Of a DNA stretch of 64,000 nucleotides, positions 26,858 to 36,130 are shown in pieces. Numbering within the stretch: the first letter of the stretch is position 1; each line of letters begins with the position of its first letter. The notes below the pieces were generated by a model. That model was given only the letters and a program-made list of their open reading frames with translations, had not been told where the DNA came from and made no database searches. The DNA comes from Pseudomonas phage PaBG: the sequence record KF147891.1, one strand, 5' to 3'. The position numbers and the translations under genes were made by a program.

Positions 26858-27322
26858 TCAGAACATGCGGAAGATAATGTCGGAGCTGTAGAGCTTGGCG
26901 TAGTGTGACAGCGATACCATGCCAATGCCATCGCGTATCTGCTGCTTAGCCCACACTGGAAGCAAGCCGCCTTCGAACTGGAAGTCTTTCTGGTATGTCA
27001 GAGTGCCGCTGCCGATGAGGCGCCGACCGGTGAACGTAACCCGCGCAGCACCCTTGGGCAGACTGCGAATCGAGTAGTCAGTAAACACTGCCGCCGTGAC
27101 CGTGTGTACCACGCGCATGGTCAGCAAATGACACAACATATCGCGCAGTGCGGCCTCCATGCAGCAACGTGTCACTAGGTCATGCGGCTCGAATATTGCC
27201 TGAGCCTTGATATTCTCTATCGCCTCGATCACCACATTCTCGACCGTGGTCTGCTCCAGACGAGTGCGCAAGTCAAACGCTGGGGCGCCAACGTCATCGC
27301 GTATGCTAATCGGCAAGCTCAT
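26858..27322 (-). CDS. hypothetical protein (154 aa)
   Basis: ORF with overlap to neighbour. Confidence 0.45.
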   Translation of the reverse strand: MSLPISIRDDVGAPAFDLRTRLEQTTVENVVIEAIENIKAQAIFEPHDLVTRCCMEAALRDMLCHLLTMRVVHTVTAAVFTDYSIRSLPKGAARVTFTGRRLIGSGTLTYQKDFQFEGGLLPVWAKQQIRDGIGMVSLSHYAKLYSSDIIFRMF

Positions 27323-27531
27323 ACGAGTATCGTCCCTTCTTCGTAGTAAATCCAGTTTGGGTCGGCAGTTGGGTCTTTTGCCAACTCTTCCGCGACAATG
27401 CGCTTGGCAATTTCCTCGTCTTCGACTTCTTGGATGATGTCGCGCGTCAGATCACCTTCTCGGCCTTGCGAACCATCGTGTACGCGGTTCTTATACACGA
27501 TGAAGCCCGGGACAGACATAAACTCAGCCAT
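27319..27531 (-). CDS. hypothetical small protein (~70 aa)
   Basis: GGAG RBS before ATG 27531. Confidence 0.4.
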   Translation of the reverse strand: MAEFMSVPGFIVYKNRVHDGSQGREGDLTRDIIQEVEDEEIAKRIVAEELAKDPTADPNWIYYEEGTILV

Positions 27532-27985
27532 TGATGTTCTCCGCATCGACCGTGATCTTGAGTGCAACTTTGGGCTGCATGTCATAGTCGATGTTTACAA
27601 TTCCGCTGTTGGTCAACTTGCGAACCAAGCGAGCGGCATGTCTGGCGCTACGGGCGTGCAGTGTCGAATGCTGCGTGCCATCATCATACAGCACGTGGGC
27701 GACGACACCTCGCTTTTGAAACACCAGACGGAACCGATCAACGATGCCGCCGGTGATGTTGGTGTATCCTTGGACTTTCAGGTGCTCCTTGAAGGCAGCA
27801 GTGACCCTGCGCAGTTCTCGCAGATCATTCGACGCTTGCCTGCGCTTCAAGTGAGCCGCAAGGTCGCGCTTGAGTCGGGTCAACAAGCGTCGAACCTGAA
27901 TCTGTTTCAGCACTTCTTGCTGCTCTGGCGATACCGCCACTTTATCACCCCAGAGCAAGTGCCCCTTCGAAATCGAATTTGACAT
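27524..27985 (-). CDS. hypothetical basic protein (153 aa)
   Basis: ORF; R/K-rich. Confidence 0.4.
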   Translation of the reverse strand: MSNSISKGHLLWGDKVAVSPEQQEVLKQIQVRRLLTRLKRDLAAHLKRRQASNDLRELRRVTAAFKEHLKVQGYTNITGGIVDRFRLVFQKRGVVAHVLYDDGTQHSTLHARSARHAARLVRKLTNSGIVNIDYDMQPKVALKITVDAENING

Positions 27986-28358
27986 CCAGCACCACCGATT
28001 CTGTGTACTCGAATTGAAGATCGTGCGCGCTGGGTTCTCCTTCGGCAGCGCGGACGCTAGTGGGGAAGCAGCCCTTGAACACCGTCACTTTGATACGGTC
28101 GAGCTGCTGGCGCATGTACTTCTTGGCGATGCGGCGCTTGCGGAATCGACGCTGGAGCAACTGGTCGCCGGTCATGCGCACTTCAAAGCGCTGACGTCCG
28201 TTGGATTCAACGAGGACTGACATCGTGCCTTTCTTGAAAAGCGGTTCAGACACGGCGATGTCTCTTCGGTACTCATCCAGATTCGGAGCTGGCCGGCCGA
28301 GCTTGAGCCACTCTTTCATCCAGTTCTCCAGTATAGGATTTTCGATGCTGCTATCCAT
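27945..28358 (-). CDS. hypothetical protein (137 aa)
   Basis: ORF; overlaps neighbours. Confidence 0.4.
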   Translation of the reverse strand: MDSSIENPILENWMKEWLKLGRPAPNLDEYRRDIAVSEPLFKKGTMSVLVESNGRQRFEVRMTGDQLLQRRFRKRRIAKKYMRQQLDRIKVTVFKGCFPTSVRAAEGEPSAHDLQFEYTESVVLDVKFDFEGALALG

Positions 28359-28644
28359 AGTAAACCTCGCAGTGCGAAAGGGTTATGGGAAATCTGCTGG
28401 TGTCGAACATCGAGTCGAAGAACTCCTGAGCACCAAAGCCAAGGTCGAACGCAAAGCGCGTGGCAGCATCAGGCACGACATCGATGTTGCGTACCTTACC
28501 GACGGCACAGTTGCGCAGGTTGTACAGCCAGATGCCGTATTCGACATCCTCGTCAGGCTGCTTGGAACAAGTCTTCTGCAAGGACTTGTGCTCCGTGCTC
28601 TTTCGAGAAGTGCATGCCTGAGGTGTGGTCGTAGTGGAGACCAT
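28351..28644 (-). CDS. hypothetical small protein (97 aa)
   Basis: AGGAAA RBS before ATG 28644 but 92-nt overlap with SLOG-like gene; uncertain. Confidence 0.3.
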   Translation of the reverse strand: MVSTTTTPQACTSRKSTEHKSLQKTCSKQPDEDVEYGIWLYNLRNCAVGKVRNIDVVPDAATRFAFDLGFGAQEFFDSMFDTSRFPITLSHCEVYYG

Positions 28645-29194
28645 ATTCGTTTTCCTTTTTCTGACACCAGCGCACCACTTTTGCCCTGTGGTCTTTGCGC
28701 TGCAGGTTGAGTACGTTTACCTTGTAGATGCTTGCGACGTTGATGGCGATGCCAGTGCCGCCTGTGATACCCACCTGATAATCGTCTATACTCACAGCAC
28801 CATCAGGTGTCCAGCATACAACGTAGTCGCTCTTAACGACATCGGACTCCGTCTCGCACACACCAAGGACTTGCCAGCAGTTGCGACGGAAGAACTCGCG
28901 GGTCTGCTGCGTCTGGATGTCGTACGGGAACACCTCTTTCAGCAACCGATCTGCGAAGTCTATGGCAGCATCGCTCCAGCGCCAGAAGCCTTCCTTGCCG
29001 CGCCACTTCATGTGCGGCAGGTAGATCATAGGGTCCCAGTTGGTCTCAAAGGCTTCGTCAGCGCCGCGGGCACCTCCTGTCCTGCACTTGCGACGCTGTA
29101 GTCGAGAAAAGCGACTCATGAGCCTGAGGATCACATACGGTGTATCTCGACTACCCACGCCTGTGAAGAAGCGGTCATCGTCTACCACGATCAT
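28553..29194 (-). CDS. SLOG/DprA-like Rossmann-fold protein (~214 aa)
   Basis: FTGVGSRDTPYVILRLMSRFSRLQRRKCRTGGARGADEAFE resembles DprA/Smf/LOG GxGSR...GGAxGxD motif; GGAAG RBS before ATG 29194. Confidence 0.45.
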   Translation of the reverse strand: MIVVDDDRFFTGVGSRDTPYVILRLMSRFSRLQRRKCRTGGARGADEAFETNWDPMIYLPHMKWRGKEGFWRWSDAAIDFADRLLKEVFPYDIQTQQTREFFRRNCWQVLGVCETESDVVKSDYVVCWTPDGAVSIDDYQVGITGGTGIAINVASIYKVNVLNLQRKDHRAKVVRWCQKKENEYGLHYDHTSGMHFSKEHGAQVLAEDLFQAA

Positions 29195-29438
29195 GGCGAG
29201 GCTTCCAATTGTCCACGATACCAACGGAGTAGCGGCCGAGTTCCCAGTCGAGTTCGCACTGCAGGTCTTTGATCTTCTCTCTGACCATGACCTGCTTGCA
29301 GATCAGGTTGCAGTAAGACAGGCGCTCCCACATGGTCTTGTTGTCACCTTTCTCGGAGAGTTCGGCGCAACGTGCGGTTATGTGAGCCAGCTTGCGCTTA
29401 CCGCGCTTGATTCTCCAGCGAAGTATTGACGCTATCAT
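29175..29438 (-). CDS. hypothetical small basic protein (~87 aa)
   Basis: AGGAGA RBS before ATG 29438. Confidence 0.45.
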   Translation of the reverse strand: MIASILRWRIKRGKRKLAHITARCAELSEKGDNKTMWERLSYCNLICKQVMVREKIKDLQCELDWELGRYSVGIVDNWKPRHDRGRR

Positions 29439-29607
29439 GTTCGGTCTCCTTTGCGAGAAGTTTCTCGGCACACTCAAGGCAGCAAGATGCGCGCTTGTCG
29501 CAGTCGATGGCAGGATGATCCCCAACTCGACATACGATCATGTAGCCGCCGGGCGCGTAGCCGAACTTTCGCAAGTCTTCGCGCAGCGGCAGATCAGAGT
29601 GGGACAT
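29398..29607 (-). CDS. small Cys-rich protein (~69 aa)
   Basis: CRVGDHPAIDCDKRASCCLEC pattern; weak RBS. Confidence 0.35.
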   Translation of the reverse strand: MSHSDLPLREDLRKFGYAPGGYMIVCRVGDHPAIDCDKRASCCLECAEKLLAKETEHDSVNTSLENQAR

Positions 29608-29857
29608 CGCCGCGCACCTTGTGTTGCGCCGAGACGAACACACCACCCTCGAAAACGAGCTGGTCGCCAGCACCTACGAGAGTGGCTGCCGGGAACTCGC
29701 GTTTGTTGAGCTTGTTGTCCTTGTCGAACCAGATACAGCACACGTTGCCCATGCGCGATACGCAGTGTACCGTCATGGCGATGTTGGTGCCCTTGACCGC
29801 AGTGAGCAAGCCCGTGCGGAATTTGTCTTTGATGCCGTCAAGTTCGAGCTGTTCCAT
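29594..29857 (-). CDS. hypothetical small protein (~87 aa)
   Basis: GAGGTG RBS before ATG 29857. Confidence 0.45.
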   Translation of the reverse strand: MEQLELDGIKDKFRTGLLTAVKGTNIAMTVHCVSRMGNVCCIWFDKDNKLNKREFPAATLVGAGDQLVFEGGVFVSAQHKVRGDVPL

Positions 29858-29864
29858 AATCACC

Positions 29865-30242
29865 TCACAGTGCTTTGATGTATGCGTTTGGGTTGTGTTC
29901 TTGGTAGAGGAACACGCGGAAGCGCAGCGCCAGAGTGGCTTGACGCTGGCCGTTCTTCTCCAGGTACGCGAAGGCGAGTACGCCAGCCGCCGAATACTTG
30001 TCTTCCGGGTCCACAGCTAGGCGGTCGTACTGAATGTTGTACACGACGATACGTTGGCTGTTGTCATGTGCCTCTTCGCCATTATCCATGACGGATACAG
30101 GCAGATGGTGCATGTTCTCTGGACCGCTACCGCGCAGCTCAACCTTGCCATCGTACAAGCCAGAGATTTGGCGCAGGACGTCAGCGCGAACGTAGCCAAC
30201 GAACGATGAAGGTAGAACCAATGTAGAGTGAGAAAGAGTCAT
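29865..30242 (-). CDS. hypothetical protein (125 aa)
   Basis: AGGAAA RBS. Confidence 0.5.
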   Translation of the reverse strand: MTLSHSTLVLPSSFVGYVRADVLRQISGLYDGKVELRGSGPENMHHLPVSVMDNGEEAHDNSQRIVVYNIQYDRLAVDPEDKYSAAGVLAFAYLEKNGQRQATLALRFRVFLYQEHNPNAYIKAL

Positions 30243-30256
30243 CTGGGTTTCCTTGA

Positions 30257-31018
30257 TTAGACCACGTCGAAGTTGTCGCCGACTGGCTTTGGCTCCACGG
30301 TTTCGGCATACGCCAAGAACGCTTCTTTCAACGACGGCAGGAGCGCTTCGTGAAGCTGCTTAGCGGTGTCGGTGAAGAACTCGATGCCGTCCAAAAACTT
30401 GAGCTGGCCCTCAGCCATTTCTCGGCGACTGATCTGCTTACCCATGGAGACCTGCATTTCAGTACGCAGACCTTCCATGATGATCGACACGCCGTCAGGC
30501 TCGAAAGACTGCATGGCGTCCGCATCACGCAAGCATGCCTGCTCCATGTTCTGCGGCGTATACACGAAGGGATACTGCGTGCAGCGAATGTGCTGGATGA
30601 CTCGGTCCGTGAAGCCTTTACCGAACTGGTTTTCCAGGGATTCGTACATTTCACCGATGCCGGTTTCGATGGCGATTTCGATGTTCTTCTCGTCGTCCGC
30701 CTCGCCGGCGGTGTGTCCGTAGTCATGCAAGAGCGCAGCAACCACAATCTCTGCCAATCCGGTCTCCTCGTAGCCACCACGAGGGATGTTCTCCATCATG
30801 TAGAGCTGCGCTGCGGAGAGGGCAACGTACTGCATGTGCGTGTTGCTGTGATACGGGTTACGCCCACCTGGATTGTTCTCCAGCACCCATTGCCAAATCC
30901 AAGTGATGCGCAGTTGCTCCAACAGGCGCGTAAACTGAACCTTTTTCGCTACCTGCGTGGAGCGCAATGGATGCGCCATGGTTGTTTGTACTGCCGTCAG
31001 GTTCATATCGAACTCCAA
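30257..31018 (-). CDS. HD-domain phosphohydrolase (253 aa)
   Basis: H..H (YHSNTHM), HD (ALLHDYGH), downstream D (LRDADAM) in HD-family spacing; GGAG RBS before ATG 31018. Confidence 0.7.
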   Translation of the reverse strand: MEFDMNLTAVQTTMAHPLRSTQVAKKVQFTRLLEQLRITWIWQWVLENNPGGRNPYHSNTHMQYVALSAAQLYMMENIPRGGYEETGLAEIVVAALLHDYGHTAGEADDEKNIEIAIETGIGEMYESLENQFGKGFTDRVIQHIRCTQYPFVYTPQNMEQACLRDADAMQSFEPDGVSIIMEGLRTEMQVSMGKQISRREMAEGQLKFLDGIEFFTDTAKQLHEALLPSLKEAFLAYAETVEPKPVGDNFDVV

Positions 31019-31535
31019 GGTGAATGGCTGGATAGTTGCGAGTTGAAATGCCGAACAAGAACTCAGGCACTTCGCGGCGGGTGAAGCAGGTACGCATAGG
31101 CTTAGGGCGCTTCTGCCATGAAGCGAGCTTCGCCCTGAGGTATCGTCGATACGCTAGATGTGGTTTGTTGCTGCGGAACTCTTCCGGCATTGCCTGTGCG
31201 AAAGCTGTCATACCGACGTTAGGCAGGTCAGGGATCGCGCGCAGTGCTTCGGCGTGTACAGTAGTTGCGTGGATTTTGTTGAAGCGGAAGGTGTACTCGT
31301 CCAGCAGCGCGTCTAATAGTCGGACGGTCCATTCGTAGTTGTATCGAGATTGCCGTAACCAGACCGCACACGGATGATGCTCATGTGTCTTTCGGTAAGC
31401 CACTTGTTGGCCGGTGACAACAACGTGCGTGGTCGAGAGTAACTGTGCCGTTTCCACGATCATCTTGATGACATGGACATCGCAATGCTGGCGAGCGCAA
31501 ACAATCGGGTTATGATGCGTCGCAAAGATGTTCAT
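30858..31535 (-). CDS. T4 endonuclease V (DenV)-like pyrimidine-dimer DNA glycosylase, with C-terminal extension overlapping HD gene
   Basis: N-terminus ARQHCDVHVIKMI vs EndoV ADQHLMAEYRELKMI; ...FRSNKPHLAYRRYLRAKLASWQKRPKP vs T4 ...[35 protein letters not shown] RBS; last ~70 aa Ala/Gly-rich and overlap next gene by 160 nt. Confidence 0.4.
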   Translation of the reverse strand: MNIFATHHNPIVCARQHCDVHVIKMIVETAQLLSTTHVVVTGQQVAYRKTHEHHPCAVWLRQSRYNYEWTVRLLDALLDEYTFRFNKIHATTVHAEALRAIPDLPNVGMTAFAQAMPEEFRSNKPHLAYRRYLRAKLASWQKRPKPMRTCFTRREVPEFLFGISTRNYPAIHLGVRYEPDGSTNNHGASIALHAGSEKGSVYAPVGATAHHLDLAMGAGEQSRWA

Positions 31536-31556
31536 AGTTCACCTCTGACTGTAGTT

Positions 31557-31592
31557 TACAGAAAGCGAAAAGGCGACCCTAAGGCCGCCTCT
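31557..31592 (-). terminator. conserved-family intrinsic terminator
   Basis: GGCGACC-CTAA-GGCCGCC preceded by cagaaagcgaaaa. Confidence 0.7.
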
Positions 31593-31596
31593 TGCG

Positions 31597-31839
31597 TCAG
31601 TCAGATACTGGAACCCAGCGTTGTTCGCACTTCACGCCGTACTTCTCCGCACATGCCTTACTCTCGCTGAGCGTGTTGAGGTCCGCAATAAGTGGAATCA
31701 CGACGAATACCATCAGCAGGAACAGCAAGAATGACCAGGCTATGGCGTCGGCCATCCAGAGCTTCCACTTAGGAGCACCGCGCCAGTCTTTCTTTTTAGC
31801 ATACTCCAGGAAGTGGGCGAGCACATACAAGGCCTTCAT
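31597..31839 (-). CDS. small membrane protein (80 aa)
   Basis: TM AIAWSFLLFLLMVFVVIPLIA; followed by conserved terminator. Confidence 0.45.
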   Translation of the reverse strand: MKALYVLAHFLEYAKKKDWRGAPKWKLWMADAIAWSFLLFLLMVFVVIPLIADLNTLSESKACAEKYGVKCEQRWVPVSD

Positions 31840-32639
31840 TGTCTAATCTCCACGGCCTTCTGCTCACACGGCTTGCTGTCGAAGTACGCGATCCGCCGGG
31901 CGTCCCCTTCCAGGTAGTTGTAGATGTTGCGCCACACATCGAAGTGCAGCAGCACATTCAAGCCAGTGCTACGCAAACCAGTTGCCAGTTTGAACAGCAG
32001 GCTGCCGTCGAGCACTGACAGGCTTTCGTGCATGTGAACACGGCATCCGGAACCGACAGGGCCGTCAGTGCAGATGAATTGCTCGACTGCGACATTTGCG
32101 GCGCGGAGCTTAACGTAGTCGTCGAATGTGAATACGGAGCGGTCGTCGTCCGAGGCCTTTTCGTGGGACTCTGCACCAGGCACTTGGACAAAAAACTCCC
32201 CGTTGTTGCGTCCCATGTAGGCGATCATGTCCTCCATGAGTTCGTAGTAGCCGACCGTGGCAGGCAGCAGTACCGTCAGGTCGTGCTCATGCTTTGAAGC
32301 GTTGGCGAGTGTGTTGAGGGTCTCAATCACGTTACGGCGGGTACGGTCATTCGCAAAACCGAGTTCCGGCGTAAGAATCACCATGCCCTTAACAGGGGCG
32401 AGGTCTTGGTCTGGGACGTGATCTACGCCCAAGCAGACAATGTTCGAGATTTCCCATTGAGAGCGCAAGTGCTCAGACACGAACGCACGTGCGGTTGATG
32501 CCAACGTGCCGATTACAAACAAGGTAGAGCGCACGTAATTCGGATCAGCGTACTCGTTAGCGCTGTCCTTCTTGTGCCCGATGATCCAGCCGTTGACTGT
32601 GATCGAATACCGCTCTTTTGCGGCCGTGATGATTTGCAT
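31836..32639 (-). CDS. hypothetical protein (267 aa)
   Basis: AGGAG RBS. Confidence 0.5.
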   Translation of the reverse strand: MQIITAAKERYSITVNGWIIGHKKDSANEYADPNYVRSTLFVIGTLASTARAFVSEHLRSQWEISNIVCLGVDHVPDQDLAPVKGMVILTPELGFANDRTRRNVIETLNTLANASKHEHDLTVLLPATVGYYELMEDMIAYMGRNNGEFFVQVPGAESHEKASDDDRSVFTFDDYVKLRAANVAVEQFICTDGPVGSGCRVHMHESLSVLDGSLLFKLATGLRSTGLNVLLHFDVWRNIYNYLEGDARRIAYFDSKPCEQKAVEIRQ

Positions 32640-32722
32640 ATGTAGCTCCTTCGCTTTTGCGATTGCGGATGCTTGGATACACGCACCAGACTGTGCCTAG
32701 TGCGTGTGGTGTTGCCAACCGA

Positions 32723-33550
32723 TTACTCGGCGTCGATCATTGCCTGTGCAACGATACGGGTCCAGTTCTCGATCTTCGGGTTGTCGAGAATCTGACGTGC
32801 GGTAGCCAGTGGACGTGCGAGCAGTTGTGCTTCACGCGGCACGGCAGTGATGCCGGACGGGATGTCGATGACGCTCACGATGCCCAGGTGCAGATGGCCG
32901 ACATCGTCGCTCTGGTCCCAGATCAGGCCCTTGAACTTCGGCTCCAGCTTCGGGCGCTCGGTGAGTTCCACGCCGTTGCTGTCCAGCAGCAGAACTTCCT
33001 GATCGAACTCACGACCGGCGCTGATGCTCAGGGTTGCGACGACATCCACGGTGCTGTACGCTTCTTCGGTGATGTCGCCGAAATCTGCACCGTTCTCTTT
33101 GGCGACCAACTGCAGGTCACCCACGGACATGAAGTCGGCATGATCGACGTGGCCGCCGTAGCCGACACTGTCGTTACCTGCGAGGCGCGATTCACCGACA
33201 CCCTTGCCGCGCTGGTACATGAAGTAGTAGTACGTGCCTTCGATGATGGTGCGAAGAACGCGATACGGAAGCAGTTGCAGCTTGGTACGGTCGCCCAGGT
33301 AGTTGATCGGCGGGACGCGCTTGTAGTCAAGCTCGATGCCGTGCATGTTGGCGATGTGGTCGATCAGGCCGATGATTTCTTCGCGGCCGGTCTTGCGGTT
33401 GTCGAGTACGTCGCGCAGGCCGCTGATCAGGTGGGTACGAGTCGCTGCGAGGAAATCATCCTCGAATACGGAGTTGAACCCGTTACGCAGACCGAGCTGC
33501 TTGATGAACGGGAAGGCCTCAACGGCCAGAATGTGTTGTGGGTGCTTCAT
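32723..33550 (-). CDS. hypothetical protein (~275 aa)
   Basis: ATG 33550 with GGAAG RBS (upstream in-frame start 33565 lacks RBS). Confidence 0.5.
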   Translation of the reverse strand: MKHPQHILAVEAFPFIKQLGLRNGFNSVFEDDFLAATRTHLISGLRDVLDNRKTGREEIIGLIDHIANMHGIELDYKRVPPINYLGDRTKLQLLPYRVLRTIIEGTYYYFMYQRGKGVGESRLAGNDSVGYGGHVDHADFMSVGDLQLVAKENGADFGDITEEAYSTVDVVATLSISAGREFDQEVLLLDSNGVELTERPKLEPKFKGLIWDQSDDVGHLHLGIVSVIDIPSGITAVPREAQLLARPLATARQILDNPKIENWTRIVAQAMIDAE

Positions 33551-33600
33551 TCGATTGGCTTCCATGTTGGGTTGAACAGCGATACTCGTTTACAGTTCCG

Positions 33601-33637
33601 CAGAAACGAAAATGGGAACCCGAAGGCTCCCATTTTC
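33601..33637 (-). terminator. conserved-family intrinsic terminator
   Basis: TGGGAACC-CGAA-GGCTCCCA flanked by cagaaacgaaaa and TTTTC. Confidence 0.75.
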
Positions 33638-33919
33638 TTACGCTGTGGTCGTCGGTGCGCAGAGGACTTGCACACCCTGGAGAAAGAACGAGGTGATCTT
33701 CTCGTTGGCGTCGTTCTGAATGTGCATCAGCGCAGGCACGTCAGCATCGCCGTAGAACTTACCGACACCGCCCTTGAACGGATGCTTGGCGATGAACTCG
33801 TCCATTTCGGCGCGGGTCAGAACGATGGAGCTCACCGTGGACAGTGGGCCTTCGAGGTACGCCGCGTTGATGGCATCGATGACTTGCTGCACGATGCCAG
33901 TGTGGTTGTTGATTTCCAT
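33638..33919 (-). CDS. hypothetical small protein (93 aa)
   Basis: GAGGT RBS; followed by conserved terminator. Confidence 0.5.
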   Translation of the reverse strand: MEINNHTGIVQQVIDAINAAYLEGPLSTVSSIVLTRAEMDEFIAKHPFKGGVGKFYGDADVPALMHIQNDANEKITSFFLQGVQVLCAPTTTA

Positions 33920-33940
33920 GGTTTACCTCTGGAGTGAATG

Positions 33941-34486
33941 TCAGCCGGCTACGGCATTCAGGAAGATCGTCGGGAGCATGTGTTCTTCGACATCGACGGC
34001 GAGAATGCGGGCCTGGCCATTGGTTTCACGAATCAGGCGCTCGGCCGCCAGGATGCCGTAGTAGTCAGCGATAGGGTCGCTGATGGTCTTGACTTCGTGG
34101 CGACTGTCACCGGAGCGTGCCGTTTCAGCAAAGCGGCTACGGTACGCCGAGAGCGTTGGGTACACGTCCGCCGCGTGGGCGTTGATGTCGCCAGGACCAG
34201 CAATGCCGAGCTGGACCATATGCTCGTTGGTCTGCACCTGCTCACGGACGCAGTCCATAAGCGGGTTGTCGCTGTCCGCGATCAGAGTGTACAGGACGGA
34301 CACGGAGAACATGCGGATGCCGGTGTGCATCGTGATTTCTTCGGCGAACGGAGAGTCCGTGAACTGGTGTTCTTTCGGAACTTCTCGCGCATACGCCTCA
34401 CGCACAGGAGCGGTTTTCTTCGGACCCGCCTTTACGGTAGCGGACTTGCTGGCGGCTTTACCTTGCTTCTTGTCTTGGTTACGCAT
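33941..34486 (-). CDS. hypothetical protein with basic N-terminus (181 aa)
   Basis: GAGGT RBS; N-terminal KKQGKAASKSATVKAGPKK. Confidence 0.5.
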   Translation of the reverse strand: MRNQDKKQGKAASKSATVKAGPKKTAPVREAYAREVPKEHQFTDSPFAEEITMHTGIRMFSVSVLYTLIADSDNPLMDCVREQVQTNEHMVQLGIAGPGDINAHAADVYPTLSAYRSRFAETARSGDSRHEVKTISDPIADYYGILAAERLIRETNGQARILAVDVEEHMLPTIFLNAVAG

Positions 34487-34536
34487 TTCGATTACCTCAT
34501 GAGAGTTTCTTACGATTTACACTTCACTCTATGGTG

Positions 34537-35103
34537 CTAGTGCATGTGGACTTCCAACCAACTCGGCATTTCAGGCAACTCGCCGCGACGGATCAGTTCG
34601 ATGTCTAGGCGTGCCTTGCACAACTTCTGGACGAGCCGTTCCAGCAGATCGATTGCTTGGTTGAGTGTTGCTGGCCGAATCGGCGCTGGGTTTGCGCACA
34701 CGGTAATGCCGTACGCTCGGCGCCCTTCAAACTGCAACTCAACGAACTGCTGATGGACCGTTTCGACGCGCCCCAGGATAGCGATAAGAGCCGGGTCTTG
34801 CTGGTCAATGTCTATCTGGGCGAGAATGCCGAGTTCGTTCGCAATCGCAACAATCTCTCGGCCGGGGTCTTCCGACGGGGCCGGGTGTTTGCATTCCCGC
34901 AGATTTGCGATCTGCAAGGTGACGATGTTTATCTGATTGCGAACAGAGCGCAGTTCGTGCAGTACGGAGGAAAGCGATTGGTAGTAAGCCTGACCACGCG
35001 GACCACGCACGCCTTCATGTGTCAAACGCGCCCGTTCATCGATCAGCGCATCCAGCTTGGTGTACGCTGCATCCAGAAGTTTGTGAGCGTAGGAGATTTC
35101 CAT
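34537..35103 (-). CDS. hypothetical protein (188 aa)
   Basis: ORF in operon. Confidence 0.45.
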   Translation of the reverse strand: MEISYAHKLLDAAYTKLDALIDERARLTHEGVRGPRGQAYYQSLSSVLHELRSVRNQINIVTLQIANLRECKHPAPSEDPGREIVAIANELGILAQIDIDQQDPALIAILGRVETVHQQFVELQFEGRRAYGITVCANPAPIRPATLNQAIDLLERLVQKLCKARLDIELIRRGELPEMPSWLEVHMH

Positions 35104-35106
35104 AGG

Positions 35107-35433
35107 TCACCCGACGAGTCGATTGGATTTGACCAACATGTGGCGAATTGCGTGCAGGGCACTTTTCACCTCGACATCTTCCAAGCGCATCATCACCAAA
35201 GCATCCGGCTCAAGCAGGCTAGCAAGCGCCTGGGCATGATCAAGCTCCAGAACGATCGGCTCATCTTGCTCCTCAGCAGGCGCGTATTTCACCGCGGTCT
35301 GATGCCAGCCGTCGCCGCTTCTTGGCTGGGCGTGACCAATAGGTTGCCAACCAGCAGCTAGGTGCTCACGCATTTCTCGATTCAGGTCAGCAATGGTTAT
35401 GCCGTGAACGACGCAGTAGTCAATGACTTTCAT
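35107..35433 (-). CDS. hypothetical protein (108 aa), DUF1737-like
   Basis: DYCVVHG...GWQPIG pattern. Confidence 0.4.
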   Translation of the reverse strand: MKVIDYCVVHGITIADLNREMREHLAAGWQPIGHAQPRSGDGWHQTAVKYAPAEEQDEPIVLELDHAQALASLLEPDALVMMRLEDVEVKSALHAIRHMLVKSNRLVG

Positions 35434-35437
35434 GGCG

Positions 35438-36106
35438 TCACGCTTTCGGACGGGTCACACCCGTCTGGCCCTGGTATTTACCGCCGCGATCCTTGTACGA
35501 GATTTCGCAGTCCTCGTCACTCTCGAAAAACAGCATCTGCGCCACACCTTCGTTCGCGTACACACGCGCCGGCAGGTTGGTAGTGTTGCTGAACTCCAGA
35601 GTCACATGACCTTCCCACTCAGGTTCCAGCGGCGTCACGTTGACGATGATACCACAGCGCGCGTAGGTGCTCTTACCCAAACACACCACGAGGACGTTGC
35701 GCGGAATGCGGAAGTATTCGACCGTGCGTGCCAGAGCGAAGCTGTTCGGCGGAATCAGGATGCTGTCAGCCTTAACCGGCTGCAGGCACTTGGGATCGAA
35801 GTTCTTCGGATCAACCACTGCGCTGTTGATGTTGGTGAAGACTTCCCACTCATCGGCAGCACGCACGTCATAACCATACGACGAGTTGCCGTACGAGATA
35901 ACGTGCTGACCGTCGATGTTGCGCACTTGCGACTCTTGAAAGGGTTCGATCATCGGGCGCCAGTCACGCTGCCACTGGCTGGAAATCATCGACTCGATTG
36001 GCTCTGCCAGATTACCTTCGCCGAAGTTTCGGTTGTTCTGGAAGAACAGTTGACGGGTCGGGTGGATGCTCTTGCGAGCGATCCACTTGTCGGGTTTGAT
36101 GCTCAT
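35438..36106 (-). CDS. dcd: dCTP deaminase (222 aa)
   Basis: [59 protein letters not shown] matches dCTP deaminase/dUTPase-fold motifs; AGGAA RBS. Confidence 0.85.
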   Translation of the reverse strand: MSIKPDKWIARKSIHPTRQLFFQNNRNFGEGNLAEPIESMISSQWQRDWRPMIEPFQESQVRNIDGQHVISYGNSSYGYDVRAADEWEVFTNINSAVVDPKNFDPKCLQPVKADSILIPPNSFALARTVEYFRIPRNVLVVCLGKSTYARCGIIVNVTPLEPEWEGHVTLEFSNTTNLPARVYANEGVAQMLFFESDEDCEISYKDRGGKYQGQTGVTRPKA

Positions 36107-36130
36107 GTTATTCCTTTACGAATGATTAGG

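Noticed and set aside
32640-32722. Inverted repeat acacgcac-N13-gtgcgtgt after gene 32723-33550
   Set aside because: It lacks a U-run on the coding strand and a conserved terminator lies only ~900 bp downstream, so it is left as unassigned.
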